Source: Spirochaetia bacterium (GTDB lineage Bacteria > Spirochaetota > Spirochaetia > DSM-2461). Taken from it: DNA of 64,000 bases. The stretch spans positions 2,336,001 to 2,400,000 of the forward strand of contig CAXXIA010000002.1 of NCBI GenBank assembly GCA_963666985.2, written 5' to 3'. Numbering within the stretch: the first letter of the stretch is position 1; every line of letters begins with the position of its first letter. This document shows positions 39,489 through 48,882 of the stretch, piece after piece. The notes below the pieces were generated by a model. It made no database searches. It saw nothing but the letters and a program-made list of their open reading frames with translations, and had not been told where the DNA came from. The translations under genes were made by a program, and so were the position numbers.

Positions 39489-40439
39489 ATGAATAAGGAC
39501 GGATTGAAGGGGAAGACTGCGGTTGTTACCGGCGGCGGCGGTGTTCTCGGGCGGGCCATGGCCGCAGCGCTTGCGCGTTCCGGCGCTCGTGTCGCCCTTA
39601 TCGGACGAACACCGGCTCCTCTTGAAGAGGCTTCGGAAGAACTCAAGTCTCTGGGCGCCGAATCGCTTGCCGTTCCCGCCGATGTTTTGGACGAACGCGC
39701 CTGCAGGCGGGCGTGCGGGTGCGTAACAAAAGGATTCGGAACGGTCGATATTCTGGTGAATGCCGCGGGAGGCGCTTCTCCGAAAGCTTCGACGGAAATC
39801 GAGCAGATTCTCCTTCCCGGGAAGGATCGGGGCGGGAATTCCGAAAAAGATTATTCGGAGATCGAACGAATTCGGCATTCCGATGAGCGCTCCCTCGGTG
39901 AGAATCCCGATGATTCGGCTAACGCGGGAAACGCGGATCAGAATTATCTTCGATCCATCCTGGATGTGTCTTTCGATGCCTTCCGGGGAACGGCCGATTT
40001 GAATTTTCTCGGAACTTTTCTGCCGACTCAAGCCTTTCTCCCCGAGCTGCTGGCTTCGGGGGGGTGCATCGTGAACATTACGTCCATGGGCGCTCAATGG
40101 CCTCTGACCAAGAGTCCGGCTTATTCGGCGGGGAAAGCGGCCGTAGAGAATTACACGAAGTGGCTGGCCGTTCATTTGGCCCGAGCGGGCGTGAGGGTGA
40201 ACGCCATTTCTCCCGGATTCTTTTTAACGAAACAGAATCGTTTCCTGTTGGTGGATGAAGAAACGGGAGAAATGAAACCGCGCGGACGCAAGATTCTCGA
40301 CGGAACTCCGATGGGGCGTTTCGGAAAGCCCGAAGAGCTTTGCGGCGCCCTTCTGTGGCTGGTATCCGGAGAAGCGAGTTTCGTTACCGGCGCCGTGATT
40401 CCCGTGGACGGGGGCTTCGGCGCGTACGGAGGGGTTTGA
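39489..40439 (+). CDS. SDR-family oxidoreductase (D-mannonate oxidoreductase-like) with an internal insertion
   Basis: VVTGGGGVLG, PLTKSPAYSAGK (YxxxK), PGFFLTKQNRFLL and VDGGFGAYGGV. Confidence 0.85.
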   Translation: MNKDGLKGKTAVVTGGGGVLGRAMAAALARSGARVALIGRTPAPLEEASEELKSLGAESLAVPADVLDERACRRACGCVTKGFGTVDILVNAAGGASPKASTEIEQILLPGKDRGGNSEKDYSEIERIRHSDERSLGENPDDSANAGNADQNYLRSILDVSFDAFRGTADLNFLGTFLPTQAFLPELLASGGCIVNITSMGAQWPLTKSPAYSAGKAAVENYTKWLAVHLARAGVRVNAISPGFFLTKQNRFLLVDEETGEMKPRGRKILDGTPMGRFGKPEELCGALLWLVSGEASFVTGAVIPVDGGFGAYGGV

Positions 40440-40560
40440 ATCCCGGAGGATTGCCGTTCCTCAATTTCGTATTTTGAAACCGCCGCCGGGCGTTTTCGGC
40501 TGTGCTTCGGCCGCGGTCGGCTCCTGTATCGCCGCCGACTTTTCCCGTTTACAATGAGAT

Positions 40561-41457
40561 ATGGACTTTCTGGATCTGCTTTTTCCATCGGGTTCCGGTG
40601 CCGCCGCGCTGGTGGGCGCCGGAGGGAAGACTTCGATAATGAACCGGACATCCCGTGAAGCGGCCCTCCGGAAATCCTCTCTTGTATTAACCGTTTCGAC
40701 CAAGCTGCAGCGTCCCGCTCCCGTGGATGCGGATCGGATTTATTGCGGGGCCGATGCGCTCGGGCCGCGTCCGGGGAAGGGCGAGCGCGTTCTCTGGGTC
40801 GGAGAGCCCGTTTTCGGCGGGAAAAAATGGAGCGGCCCGGCTCTTTCGGCGATTGAAGGATTTGTCGCGCTTCGGCCTGAATTCCCGATTCTGGTGGAGG
40901 CCGACGGCGCCGCGTGCCGGTCCGTGAAAGCTCCCGGCGGCGGGGAGCCCGTGATTCCGGCGGGAACCGATACGGTCGCGGCCGTTATCGGGCTTTCGGC
41001 TCTGGGATGTCCGATCGGTGAAGAACTGATTCACCGGCTTGATTCTTTTTTGGCGATAACGGATGCGCGAATCGGCGAGCCTCTCGGCCTAGAACATCTT
41101 GTCCGGCTGATTGTTCACCCGCGAGGGAGTTTTAAGGATTGTCCCGACTCGGCACGGAAGATTGTCGTTCTGAATCAGGCGGATACGGCCGGGGAGGGCT
41201 TCTTTGCCGGAAATGCGGCCGCTAAGAGCGCGGGTGAAGGTTCTTCCGCCGGATCTGCGGCAGGCATGGATGCCGCGGCCGCCGGCGAGAAGGCTTCCGA
41301 AAGGTTTCCGGATGAGTGCGCCGCCGATAAGACCGCTGGCGAGAGTGCTGCCGAGCGGATTAAAGAAGGGCTGATTTCGGCGGGCTTCGCCGGGGTCACC
41401 CTGGCGCTTTCTTCAATTGGCCACAATCCCCCAATTTGGAGTATCGTAGAGTTATGA
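40561..41457 (+). CDS. yqeC: Selenium cofactor biosynthesis protein YqeC
   Basis: VGAGGKTS, LVEADGA..SVKAP..EPVIP and VIGLSALG; ATGA overlap with yqeB. Confidence 0.85.
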   Translation: MDFLDLLFPSGSGAAALVGAGGKTSIMNRTSREAALRKSSLVLTVSTKLQRPAPVDADRIYCGADALGPRPGKGERVLWVGEPVFGGKKWSGPALSAIEGFVALRPEFPILVEADGAACRSVKAPGGGEPVIPAGTDTVAAVIGLSALGCPIGEELIHRLDSFLAITDARIGEPLGLEHLVRLIVHPRGSFKDCPDSARKIVVLNQADTAGEGFFAGNAAAKSAGEGSSAGSAAGMDAAAAGEKASERFPDECAADKTAGESAAERIKEGLISAGFAGVTLALSSIGHNPPIWSIVEL

Positions 41458-43097
41458 ACAATGAATCCGGCGTTTTTGCCGAAGCTCATCGGCTGGAAGA
41501 GCGGGGCGAGGCCTTCGCTTTCGCATTCATCATTAAGTCTCAAGGATCCGTTCCGAGAAACTCAGGCCGCATGATTGTCCATGCCGACGGATCGACCGTG
41601 GGCACCGTCGGCGGCGGCTCTTTGGAAGCCCAGGTTATTAAAGAAGCCATGGAGGCCCTCGGCGAGGGACGGTCCCGGACGGTGCGAAGAGAGCTGACCG
41701 GGAAAGGCGGGGAAGCCGACGAGATGGTGTGCGGCGGTACCGTGGAGGTTCGCATCGACGTTTCGGGCGCTCCACCGCGATTGGTTCTGATGGGCGGCGG
41801 ACACATCAGCCTGGCCGTTGCCCGGCTGGCCGCTTCTTTGGGGTTTTCCGTTGAAGTGATTGAGAGCCGGCCCGAATTCTGCAGCTCCGAGCGGTTTCCC
41901 ATGGCCCGCGCTTTTTATCTGAGGGACGATATATCGGATGCGGCCGACGAGGTTCGTGTGGACGGGAACTGTTATGTCGTTATCGTGACGCACAGTCATG
42001 AGGATGATATCCGGACTTTGGCCCGCCTGGCCGGTTCGGGGGCGGCCTATATCGGGATGATGGGGAGTAAGCGCAAAACGGCCATTGCCGTGGCGAAGCT
42101 GAGGGAACTGAATGTTCCCGAATCGGTTATCGCTTCTCTTCGGGCTCCCATCGGTTTGGATATCGGGGCTCAGACGCCTGAAGAAATCGCCGTGAGTATC
42201 ATGGCGGAGATTTTGATGGTCCGCGGCGGCAGGAGCGGTCTGCCTCTGCAGGGGATGACCAAGGATTTGGCGGTTGTCCGCGGCGGCGGGGATTTGGCCA
42301 CGGGGGTTGCCTGGAGGCTTCGGCGCTGCGGATTCCGCGTGATGATTCTGGAGGTTCCCAAGCCGACTGTTATTCGGCGGACCGTAGCGTTCGCCGAAGC
42401 GGTGAATCGGGGATCGGTGGTTATCGAGGGCATCAAGGCCCGTTCGGCCGCCGATATCGCCGGGGCTTATGAAATTCTGGAATCGGGGGATATTCCCGTG
42501 CTTGCCGATCCCGAGGCCCGCAGCCTGGATGTTCTGCGTCCCGCCGTTCTGGTGGATGCGACGCTGGCGAAAAGAAACCTCGGAACAAGGCGGGACATGG
42601 CTCCCGTGGTTGTGGCCCTCGGGCCGGGTTTTACCGCCGGGCCGGAGGGGGATTGTCATGCCGTGGTTGAAACGGCCCGAGGGCATGAGCTGGGGCGGGT
42701 GATTCTGGATGGTCCCGCCGCTCCGAATACGGGAACGCCCGGTCTTATCGCCGGGAAGGCGGCCGAACGCGTGCTGCGTGCGCCGATGGATGGAATCTTC
42801 GAGGAGGCTGCCGCTCTGGGCGACCTTGTGAAGGAAGGGCAAGTCGTGGCCCGTGTCCGTTCGGGAAATACAGCGGCCGATATTACGGCTCCTTTCGACG
42901 GAAAACTGCGGGGACTGCTCACCTCCGGGATTGAGGTGACTCAAGGATTCAAGGTGGGCGACGTGGATCCGCGGGGGGCACAGGTGAACGAGCACCTTAT
43001 TTCGGATAAGGCCCGCGCGGTCGCCGGAGGTGTTCTTGAGGCCGTTCTGATGCTTCGCGTTCATGCCGAGAGCGGTTCCGGCAGGCGAAGTTCTTAG
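41454..43097 (+). CDS. yqeB: XdhC-YqeB fusion, selenium-dependent molybdenum hydroxylase accessory protein
   Basis: XdhC half (GSVPR, GTVGGG, YIGMMGSKRK, APIGLDIGAQTPEEIAVSI) plus YqeB half (RGGGDLATGVA, IRRTVAF, ETARGHELGR, PNTGTPG, ISDKARAVAGGVLEA). Confidence 0.9.
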   Translation: MNNESGVFAEAHRLEERGEAFAFAFIIKSQGSVPRNSGRMIVHADGSTVGTVGGGSLEAQVIKEAMEALGEGRSRTVRRELTGKGGEADEMVCGGTVEVRIDVSGAPPRLVLMGGGHISLAVARLAASLGFSVEVIESRPEFCSSERFPMARAFYLRDDISDAADEVRVDGNCYVVIVTHSHEDDIRTLARLAGSGAAYIGMMGSKRKTAIAVAKLRELNVPESVIASLRAPIGLDIGAQTPEEIAVSIMAEILMVRGGRSGLPLQGMTKDLAVVRGGGDLATGVAWRLRRCGFRVMILEVPKPTVIRRTVAFAEAVNRGSVVIEGIKARSAADIAGAYEILESGDIPVLADPEARSLDVLRPAVLVDATLAKRNLGTRRDMAPVVVALGPGFTAGPEGDCHAVVETARGHELGRVILDGPAAPNTGTPGLIAGKAAERVLRAPMDGIFEEAAALGDLVKEGQVVARVRSGNTAADITAPFDGKLRGLLTSGIEVTQGFKVGDVDPRGAQVNEHLISDKARAVAGGVLEAVLMLRVHAESGSGRRSS

Positions 43098-43160
43098 GGC
43101 GGGATTTCGGCATGCCGCACGGCATGATTGAGCCGTATTTTGTAAAGAGGTTTTCCGGTG

Positions 43161-43190
43161 AAAAAAACGCCCCGCGTTCGGCGGGGCGTG
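43161..43190 (-). terminator. Intrinsic terminator between yqeB and the LamG gene
   Basis: A7 followed by CGCCCCGC-GTTCG-GCGGGGCG; the T tract falls on the minus strand. Confidence 0.7.
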
Positions 43191-43249
43191 ATTCAATCGT
43201 GATACCATCAGGTCTTATTCAATTATTCGGATTTCGCCGCCGCCTTTAA

Positions 43250-44074
43250 TCAGAAGAGGGAAGCATAAACATTGTAATCAGCGGCGATTTCTTCGGCCGT
43301 TCGAACCACATCGTAAACGTAAATCTCGTCGATCAGACCCATGAAGGTCAGATGGCCGTAGTAACCGCTGTACTGCTCGGGAAGCTGCGAGCCGACGATG
43401 AGGTCTCCCTCGGAAGTCAGCATCGGGCCCAGTCCGGTAAAGGAAGCGCGGTTGTTTTCAACTCCGTCCTGATAAAGGATCAGCACCGTTTCATCGGACG
43501 CTTCGTCGTAGCTCCAGCTGACGGCGATATGATGCCAGGTATCGGCGCTAACGCTTTGTGCGGCGATAACGGATTTGTATGCATTGTCGCCGTTCGAATC
43601 GTAATGATAGTTGAACATGATTTTCTCAGTGCCCTGATACTGCAGGCTCCAGGACTCATCCGTGAAATCGATCAGTTCGCCTTTATGCAGGATTCCGGCC
43701 CATTTATTGTCTTCACCTTCGGGACAATCCGGGTAAATCCAGACTTCGAGTGTTCCGGCCGTCGTGGATTCGGGGATGGTTTCGGCGGCGATTCGGATAT
43801 AATCACCGTCTTCATCGCCTCTCATGGCGTTCCCCGAGAGTCCTGTTTCCCAAGTAACGCCGTCTGAAATGGTAACGTCGGGATTCGTCAGAATGCCTTC
43901 GCCGTCAAGGGGGATTCCGGCAACCAAGCCATTCGAGGGGTTGCTGTTGATTCCGGTTGATTCTTCTTCGGACGCGGAATTTCTGGGCCCTGTGGGATTG
44001 CTGCAGGATATCATTGCCGCGAAAAGAAATCCGATAAGAAATATTCTCGTACAGTTTTTTAATAAGGTTTTCAT
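43250..44074 (-). CDS. LamG/concanavalin-A-like domain lipoprotein
   Basis: Lipobox MIS-C; TLEVWIYP, TWHHIAVSW, LYQDG and FMGLIDEIYVYD. Confidence 0.85.
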   Translation of the reverse strand: MKTLLKNCTRIFLIGFLFAAMISCSNPTGPRNSASEEESTGINSNPSNGLVAGIPLDGEGILTNPDVTISDGVTWETGLSGNAMRGDEDGDYIRIAAETIPESTTAGTLEVWIYPDCPEGEDNKWAGILHKGELIDFTDESWSLQYQGTEKIMFNYHYDSNGDNAYKSVIAAQSVSADTWHHIAVSWSYDEASDETVLILYQDGVENNRASFTGLGPMLTSEGDLIVGSQLPEQYSGYYGHLTFMGLIDEIYVYDVVRTAEEIAADYNVYASLF

Positions 44075-44325
44075 TTTGCCTCCAATGACTTCATTAAAAG
44101 CAATGTCTGTGCCAATTCATTTTTTTAAGGACCTGAAGTGGTTTAATTTATTTTGATGGAAGGAAATAGAGAAGAATCTTCAAGAGGTTTACCGAGAAGA
44201 AGACTTTATGAAAAAAGCATAGAAGTTTTTAGCGTTTTCGAGCTAAATTTATTTATCGCAAGCAATTACGATGTATGAATTTTGTGCGGTTTATGCATAA
44301 AGAATAGTCCGAGTTCATTTTCTGT

Positions 44326-45165
44326 TTATTGATCAGGCTCTGCTGGCTCTTGATTCGTATCGATCATTGATGAATCGAGGAGAATCCTTGGAAGGGAAAG
44401 CCGGATTCCTTCTTCCGTTAACCGTCGGTAAATGTCTCGGAACATCGAATTGCGAACGTCGATGTAGTCGTCTTTCATGAACCATATTCCGAACTTCACG
44501 CCGATGCCTTCGCTGTTCCAGTCGTTTAAATGGAAAAACGGTTTGGGTTCTTCGAGGCAGAGGCTGTTTTCGGTCGAACATTCAAAAAGAAGGGTTTCAA
44601 GATTATTCAGGTCGGTACTGTAATCAACCCGGAATTCGAAATCCATTCGGCGGATGGGAAATCGGGTGATATTCGTAACCTCGGTTGAAATGAGTGTTTC
44701 ATGAGGAATCCGAACCAGCAGGTTGTCGAATGTACGAATTTTTACCGAAAGCAGATCGATGTCGTGAACCACTCCGACCTTATCGGCCACTTTTATCACG
44801 TCTCCGATTTCATAGGATTTCTCGGAGAGAAGGAAAAGTCCGCTGAGAATATTACCGAGACTTTTCTGACTCGCAACGCCGACGGCGAGACCTAAAATTC
44901 CCGCGGCTCCGAGCAGAGCCGTTAGATTCACGCCTACTTCGGCGAGAACAACAACCAGAAGAATCGCCGTACCCACGTATGTGATGGCTTTATTGATGAG
45001 CATGCGTGATTGCCGGTTAACCTTCTGAGCCGTCGCGCGCTGCATAAGGAATGCCGTGAGCCGGATAATAACGATGCCGACGATGTAGTAAAGGATGGCG
45101 CGTCCGATATGATGCCAGGTTTCCGATGTGAAAAAAGCGATGATGGTGTCTTTATTGATATTCAT
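44326..45165 (-). CDS. mscS: Small-conductance mechanosensitive channel (MscS family)
   Basis: LLGAAGILGLAVGVASQKSLGNILSG, IGDVI and IRTFDNLLVRIP. Confidence 0.9.
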   Translation of the reverse strand: MNINKDTIIAFFTSETWHHIGRAILYYIVGIVIIRLTAFLMQRATAQKVNRQSRMLINKAITYVGTAILLVVVLAEVGVNLTALLGAAGILGLAVGVASQKSLGNILSGLFLLSEKSYEIGDVIKVADKVGVVHDIDLLSVKIRTFDNLLVRIPHETLISTEVTNITRFPIRRMDFEFRVDYSTDLNNLETLLFECSTENSLCLEEPKPFFHLNDWNSEGIGVKFGIWFMKDDYIDVRNSMFRDIYRRLTEEGIRLSLPRILLDSSMIDTNQEPAEPDQ

Positions 45166-45181
45166 GATCGGATATCCTTTT

Positions 45182-45958
45182 CTAACTCATGGAGATTGTC
45201 TTGATGAACGCGAAGCTCCGGCGAAGAAGCGCCCTATCGACGGGAACACGGGGTTCGGCGAGCTTAACAATAGACCCTGTGATGCCTTCCGGCTTTTTTT
45301 CAAAGGTAACCTGGCTCGCCTGCGTTTCACCCCGGAAGCGGATGGTTACCGAATTGGTGGCTGTAATTCGGCCGTTGGTGAAAAGAGAGAGTTCCGGGAC
45401 TCTGAGGATCATCCTTTGGAATTCGAGGATTTCCGGGGAGTTGTTTTTTACGATTAGGGGGCAGACGGCCTCCCAAGGGCCGGTTTCGGAAGGCAAAGGC
45501 CTGCCGTTGAGCGCCGTTTTCCAGGAATAAGCCGCTTCACCGTCGTCGGGAGTGCCGAACCATGTTTTTGACGGTGTTACCGGATGAAATTCACGAATGA
45601 TGATGGGATTTTCTTTGTCTTTCGCAATCAGCGCGATTCCCAGAGGAAGCGAAACCGAAGTTTTTATATGGGCGTCCGGCAGGATACGTAAATCGGATTC
45701 CGATTGAAGCACCAGCGGGAGCCTCGGAAGAATGGGACGAATCATCAGGGGACTTGAGGAGTCGAGAATCGTGATGTCTTTCGCTTCATCGGATAATTCA
45801 TCGACGAGTCCCGAACGTAATTCGATTCCGTGACGTACCAGCTTCAGTTCTCTGCCGTCGGGGAAGTTTATCCGGTATTCGTCATCCGCTTCCAAAAGGC
45901 ATCTTTTTTCTTCGGCGGCGGAAGGCGAATTGAAAATCCCGTTTCGTTTCAAAGCCAT
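45182..45958 (-). CDS. DUF432-like protein
   Basis: PSKTWFGTPDDGEAAY and AVCPLIVKNNS; lies between corA and mscS. Confidence 0.6.
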   Translation of the reverse strand: MALKRNGIFNSPSAAEEKRCLLEADDEYRINFPDGRELKLVRHGIELRSGLVDELSDEAKDITILDSSSPLMIRPILPRLPLVLQSESDLRILPDAHIKTSVSLPLGIALIAKDKENPIIIREFHPVTPSKTWFGTPDDGEAAYSWKTALNGRPLPSETGPWEAVCPLIVKNNSPEILEFQRMILRVPELSLFTNGRITATNSVTIRFRGETQASQVTFEKKPEGITGSIVKLAEPRVPVDRALLRRSFAFIKTISMS

Positions 45959-47004
45959 TTTTTAACCTTGAAATACAGCGCCATTCCTCCCGCCGTGAGT
46001 CCCATAATGCCGAGAACCGCCGGATATCCCCAGCGCCAGGCCAGCTCCGGCATGTGTTCGAAGTTCATGCCGTAGATTCCCGCGATGAACGAGAGCGGCA
46101 TGAAGAGCGTGGCGATGACGGTCAGAACTTTCATAACGGCGTTCATTCGATTGCTTTGAACCGACATCAGAATGGACATCAGATCGCCCGAAAGATCCCT
46201 GTAAAGATCCAGAAGATCGGAAATCCGCAGAGCATGGTCGGTAAGATCTTGAATAAACGGCAAGATTTCCTTGGAAAAATAACTTGTCGCATACCTGCTC
46301 ATCCATAACGGCAAATCCCGGTAGGGCCTGAATTCCCATCGCAGCCAGGCCATGAGTTTTCGGGTTTCATGGATGTTCTCCGCGAGGGAATCACCGTATC
46401 GGAACAGAATCCGTTCTTCCAGGTCCATGACATGACGCTCCATGGATTCGGCGATGGTCAGCCAGGAATCGACGCATTCATCCCAGATTCGGTAGGCAAT
46501 ATAATCCGCTCCCAGCGATCTTAAGTGTTCCGAAGTTCTCAGAGACTCTCTGATTCCGGGAAATCCTTTTCTTTCCGCCTCATGGAACGTAATGATTGTC
46601 CGGCCTTTGAGAATAATGCAGACCGATTCAATATTAATGGAAGGGAACTTATTTTCGGCTTCAAGTTTTTTAACCGTGAGAAAGAGGCCGTCGTCCAAGG
46701 CGCTGAATGACGGTCGGCGATCGATGTTCTGTATGTCTTCCTGGGTTAATTGATGGATTCCGTAAATCTCGCCGACAGCCTGAAGGAGCGCGGCGTCGTG
46801 AATGCCCGTAACTCGAATCCATGTGTACGTGTTCGCGGCCGTTTCCGGAGTGAGGCTGTCTATCGAAACGGAACGTTCCTCAATAACACCGGATTTTTGG
46901 TAACGAAATACCGTTATATCGCCGGGGCTTTCACGGTCTTGGAAGAGCGTTCCGGGAGCCATACCCGCTCTCCGGGAAAATAAACGTGTCCCGAATGGAA
47001 TCAT
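45949..47004 (-). CDS. corA: Mg2+/Co2+ transporter CorA
   Basis: MNAVMKVLT, GIYGMNF and MPEL.W.WGY signature. Confidence 0.93.
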   Translation of the reverse strand: MIPFGTRLFSRRAGMAPGTLFQDRESPGDITVFRYQKSGVIEERSVSIDSLTPETAANTYTWIRVTGIHDAALLQAVGEIYGIHQLTQEDIQNIDRRPSFSALDDGLFLTVKKLEAENKFPSINIESVCIILKGRTIITFHEAERKGFPGIRESLRTSEHLRSLGADYIAYRIWDECVDSWLTIAESMERHVMDLEERILFRYGDSLAENIHETRKLMAWLRWEFRPYRDLPLWMSRYATSYFSKEILPFIQDLTDHALRISDLLDLYRDLSGDLMSILMSVQSNRMNAVMKVLTVIATLFMPLSFIAGIYGMNFEHMPELAWRWGYPAVLGIMGLTAGGMALYFKVKKWL

Positions 47005-47247
47005 TATCGCCTCCTTATCTTAAATGATACTCGTCCTTCAGCCTCAGGCGAAACCTTATGGAACGGTTTTTTCATGATTCAAGATACAAAATGGTTCATT
47101 CCGACACAATTATTCACCTTTTATCGGCCGGAGGGATAATTCCGACACAATAGAGGCGGTTATCGACTGCGTAATCTGTTTTTTGGACGAAAGCTGTATT
47201 CTTTGTAAATTCTTATTTCAAAAAGACATAATCGCAGAAGTCTCCGG

Positions 47248-47264
47248 TTGGCATCCCTTTTGCT
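47248..47264 (+). promoter_or_regulatory. Sigma54 (-24/-12) promoter of the Hsp20 pair
   Basis: TTGGCATCCCTTTTGCT with GG(47250-51)-N10-GC(47262-63), 34 nt before the ATG. Confidence 0.7.
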
Positions 47265-47297
47265 TATTAATAAGTAACAATTCTTCGGAGGTGAGAC

Positions 47298-47756
47298 ATG
47301 GATCTCATGAAAAGAAACACTCGTTACCTTCCCAGTTCATGGAACAACCTGCGGAGTCTTCAGAAAGAAATCAACTCTCTTTTCGATGATGATTTCTTTC
47401 CCGCTTCGACCGGATTGTTCGATCGGACCTACAGCCCCGCCGTAGATGTGGCGGAGAATCCGAGCGAGTACGTCGTAACCTGCGAGCTCCCCGGACTCAG
47501 TGAATCGGATCTTGATGTCCAGGTTGCCGAAAACGTCCTGACCATTAAGGGAGAAAAGAAGGATTCTTCGGAAAATCAGAATGACCGCTGGTATAAAAAA
47601 GAATCCTGGTTCGGCAGTTTCCAGCGAACGATTCCCATGCCGTCCGGAGTTGATGGAGAGAAAATCCAGGCTGAATTGGAAAGCGGCATTCTTCGTGTAA
47701 CTCTTCCCAAGAAAGAGGAAGCCAAAACGAAGCAGATTTCGGTAAAAGTGAAATAG
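47298..47756 (+). CDS. Hsp20/alpha-crystallin small heat-shock protein
   Basis: PAVDVAE, ELPGL, VLTIKGEK, FGSFQRTI and GILRVTLPK. Confidence 0.93.
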   Translation: MDLMKRNTRYLPSSWNNLRSLQKEINSLFDDDFFPASTGLFDRTYSPAVDVAENPSEYVVTCELPGLSESDLDVQVAENVLTIKGEKKDSSENQNDRWYKKESWFGSFQRTIPMPSGVDGEKIQAELESGILRVTLPKKEEAKTKQISVKVK

Positions 47757-47766
47757 GAGGCGAGAA

Positions 47767-48117
47767 ATGAATGAAAACAATACGGAAAAAACATTCCGAC
47801 GCGCACCGTGCGATATAAGAAAGGAAGCCGACAAGATTGTGATGCGCTTGGAAATGCCCGGCGTGGACAAGTCGGGACTGGATATCAATGTTGACGGAGA
47901 TATGCTGAGGATTGTCGGGCGGCGTGCTTTGGAGAGTGAGAAATCCAATTGCATCGTTCGTGAGATTCGGCCCGGTGATTATTCCATGGAGTATTCTTTG
48001 GATAAGACTATTGACCGCGATTCCATCGATGCGCATTTGGAAAAGGGAATACTGACTCTCTACCTCGGTATTTCCGAAGCCGTGAAGCCGCGAAAGATTA
48101 AGGTGTTGAGCAAATAG
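47767..48117 (+). CDS. Hsp20 family protein, short form
   Basis: PCDIRKE, LEMPGVDK, GILTLYL and KPRKIKV. Confidence 0.88.
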   Translation: MNENNTEKTFRRAPCDIRKEADKIVMRLEMPGVDKSGLDINVDGDMLRIVGRRALESEKSNCIVREIRPGDYSMEYSLDKTIDRDSIDAHLEKGILTLYLGISEAVKPRKIKVLSK

Positions 48118-48162
48118 ACTCATGAAATGATGCGGTTCATTAAAGTGTAAGCAGCCCGCTTC

Positions 48163-48195
48163 AAGGCCCGCCTGATTCGGCGGGCCTTTATTTTA
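48163..48195 (+). terminator. Intrinsic terminator after the Hsp20 pair
   Basis: AAGGCCCGCC-TGATTC-GGCGGGCCTT followed by TATTTT. Confidence 0.75.
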
Positions 48196-48421
48196 TCCGC
48201 AGAACTCTTCCGGACTTTCATTATCAGAATCAAAATTGGCGTTAGCCGGTCGGTGGCGTGGCTGCCGGTTCAAATAAATTCAATCACTATAATTTGCTCC
48301 GGCAAATAGCGTTATATACTTAAGTAAAATCCGATTACGACTGAAGTGTGAAAATCTGGGTAAATCCATATGATGAACAATTTATGTATATTACGATACA
48401 AATTTGAGAGGAAACGTTTAA

Positions 48422-48880
48422 TCATTCTTTAGGGACATATGGGTTTGGACCTGAGTTCTTGTAAAATAATCGACTATCTCCTTTCGTATCCCATTCCAGT
48501 TCAGGTGTTCTATTCTCAATCCAGAAAACATTTGGTTCCACGAAATGAAGAATATATTCAACGTTGAATCCGCCTCTACCGAAGAAGAAGATAAGTTGTA
48601 CGTTATCGCCAAAAATATTTACTTCGAGAATTTCAAACACCCCTAATCCACCAATTTGAATATAGGGTGTACTTGCGTCCAAATCAAAGTCGTATGAATC
48701 GTTAATTACTTGGTATCCAGTTCCCCATGAAAATTCTTTTTGAGTAACCCATGAACTATCTAGATTTAAAGATTGGCTATTGGACCAAGTTCCATTCAGT
48801 TTCGAATTTACATCGTCTGCACTACAACTAGGTAATAAAAAAGAGAGAAAGAAAAACGTCAGAATGAAACATTTATTCAT
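48422..48880 (-). CDS. Hypothetical lipoprotein, candidate immunity protein
   Basis: Lipobox LLPS-C; begins 2 nt after the RHS C-terminal ORF; AT-rich. Confidence 0.6.
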   Translation of the reverse strand: MNKCFILTFFFLSFLLPSCSADDVNSKLNGTWSNSQSLNLDSSWVTQKEFSWGTGYQVINDSYDFDLDASTPYIQIGGLGVFEILEVNIFGDNVQLIFFFGRGGFNVEYILHFVEPNVFWIENRTPELEWDTKGDSRLFYKNSGPNPYVPKE

Positions 48881-48882
48881 AG

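Noticed and set aside
41562..43208. Long antisense ORFs (also 29135-30739, 16491-17903, 52666-54051, 60761-62086, 14910-16049)
   Set aside because: They shadow well-supported genes on the opposite strand, as expected in GC-rich coding DNA, and have no recognisable motifs.
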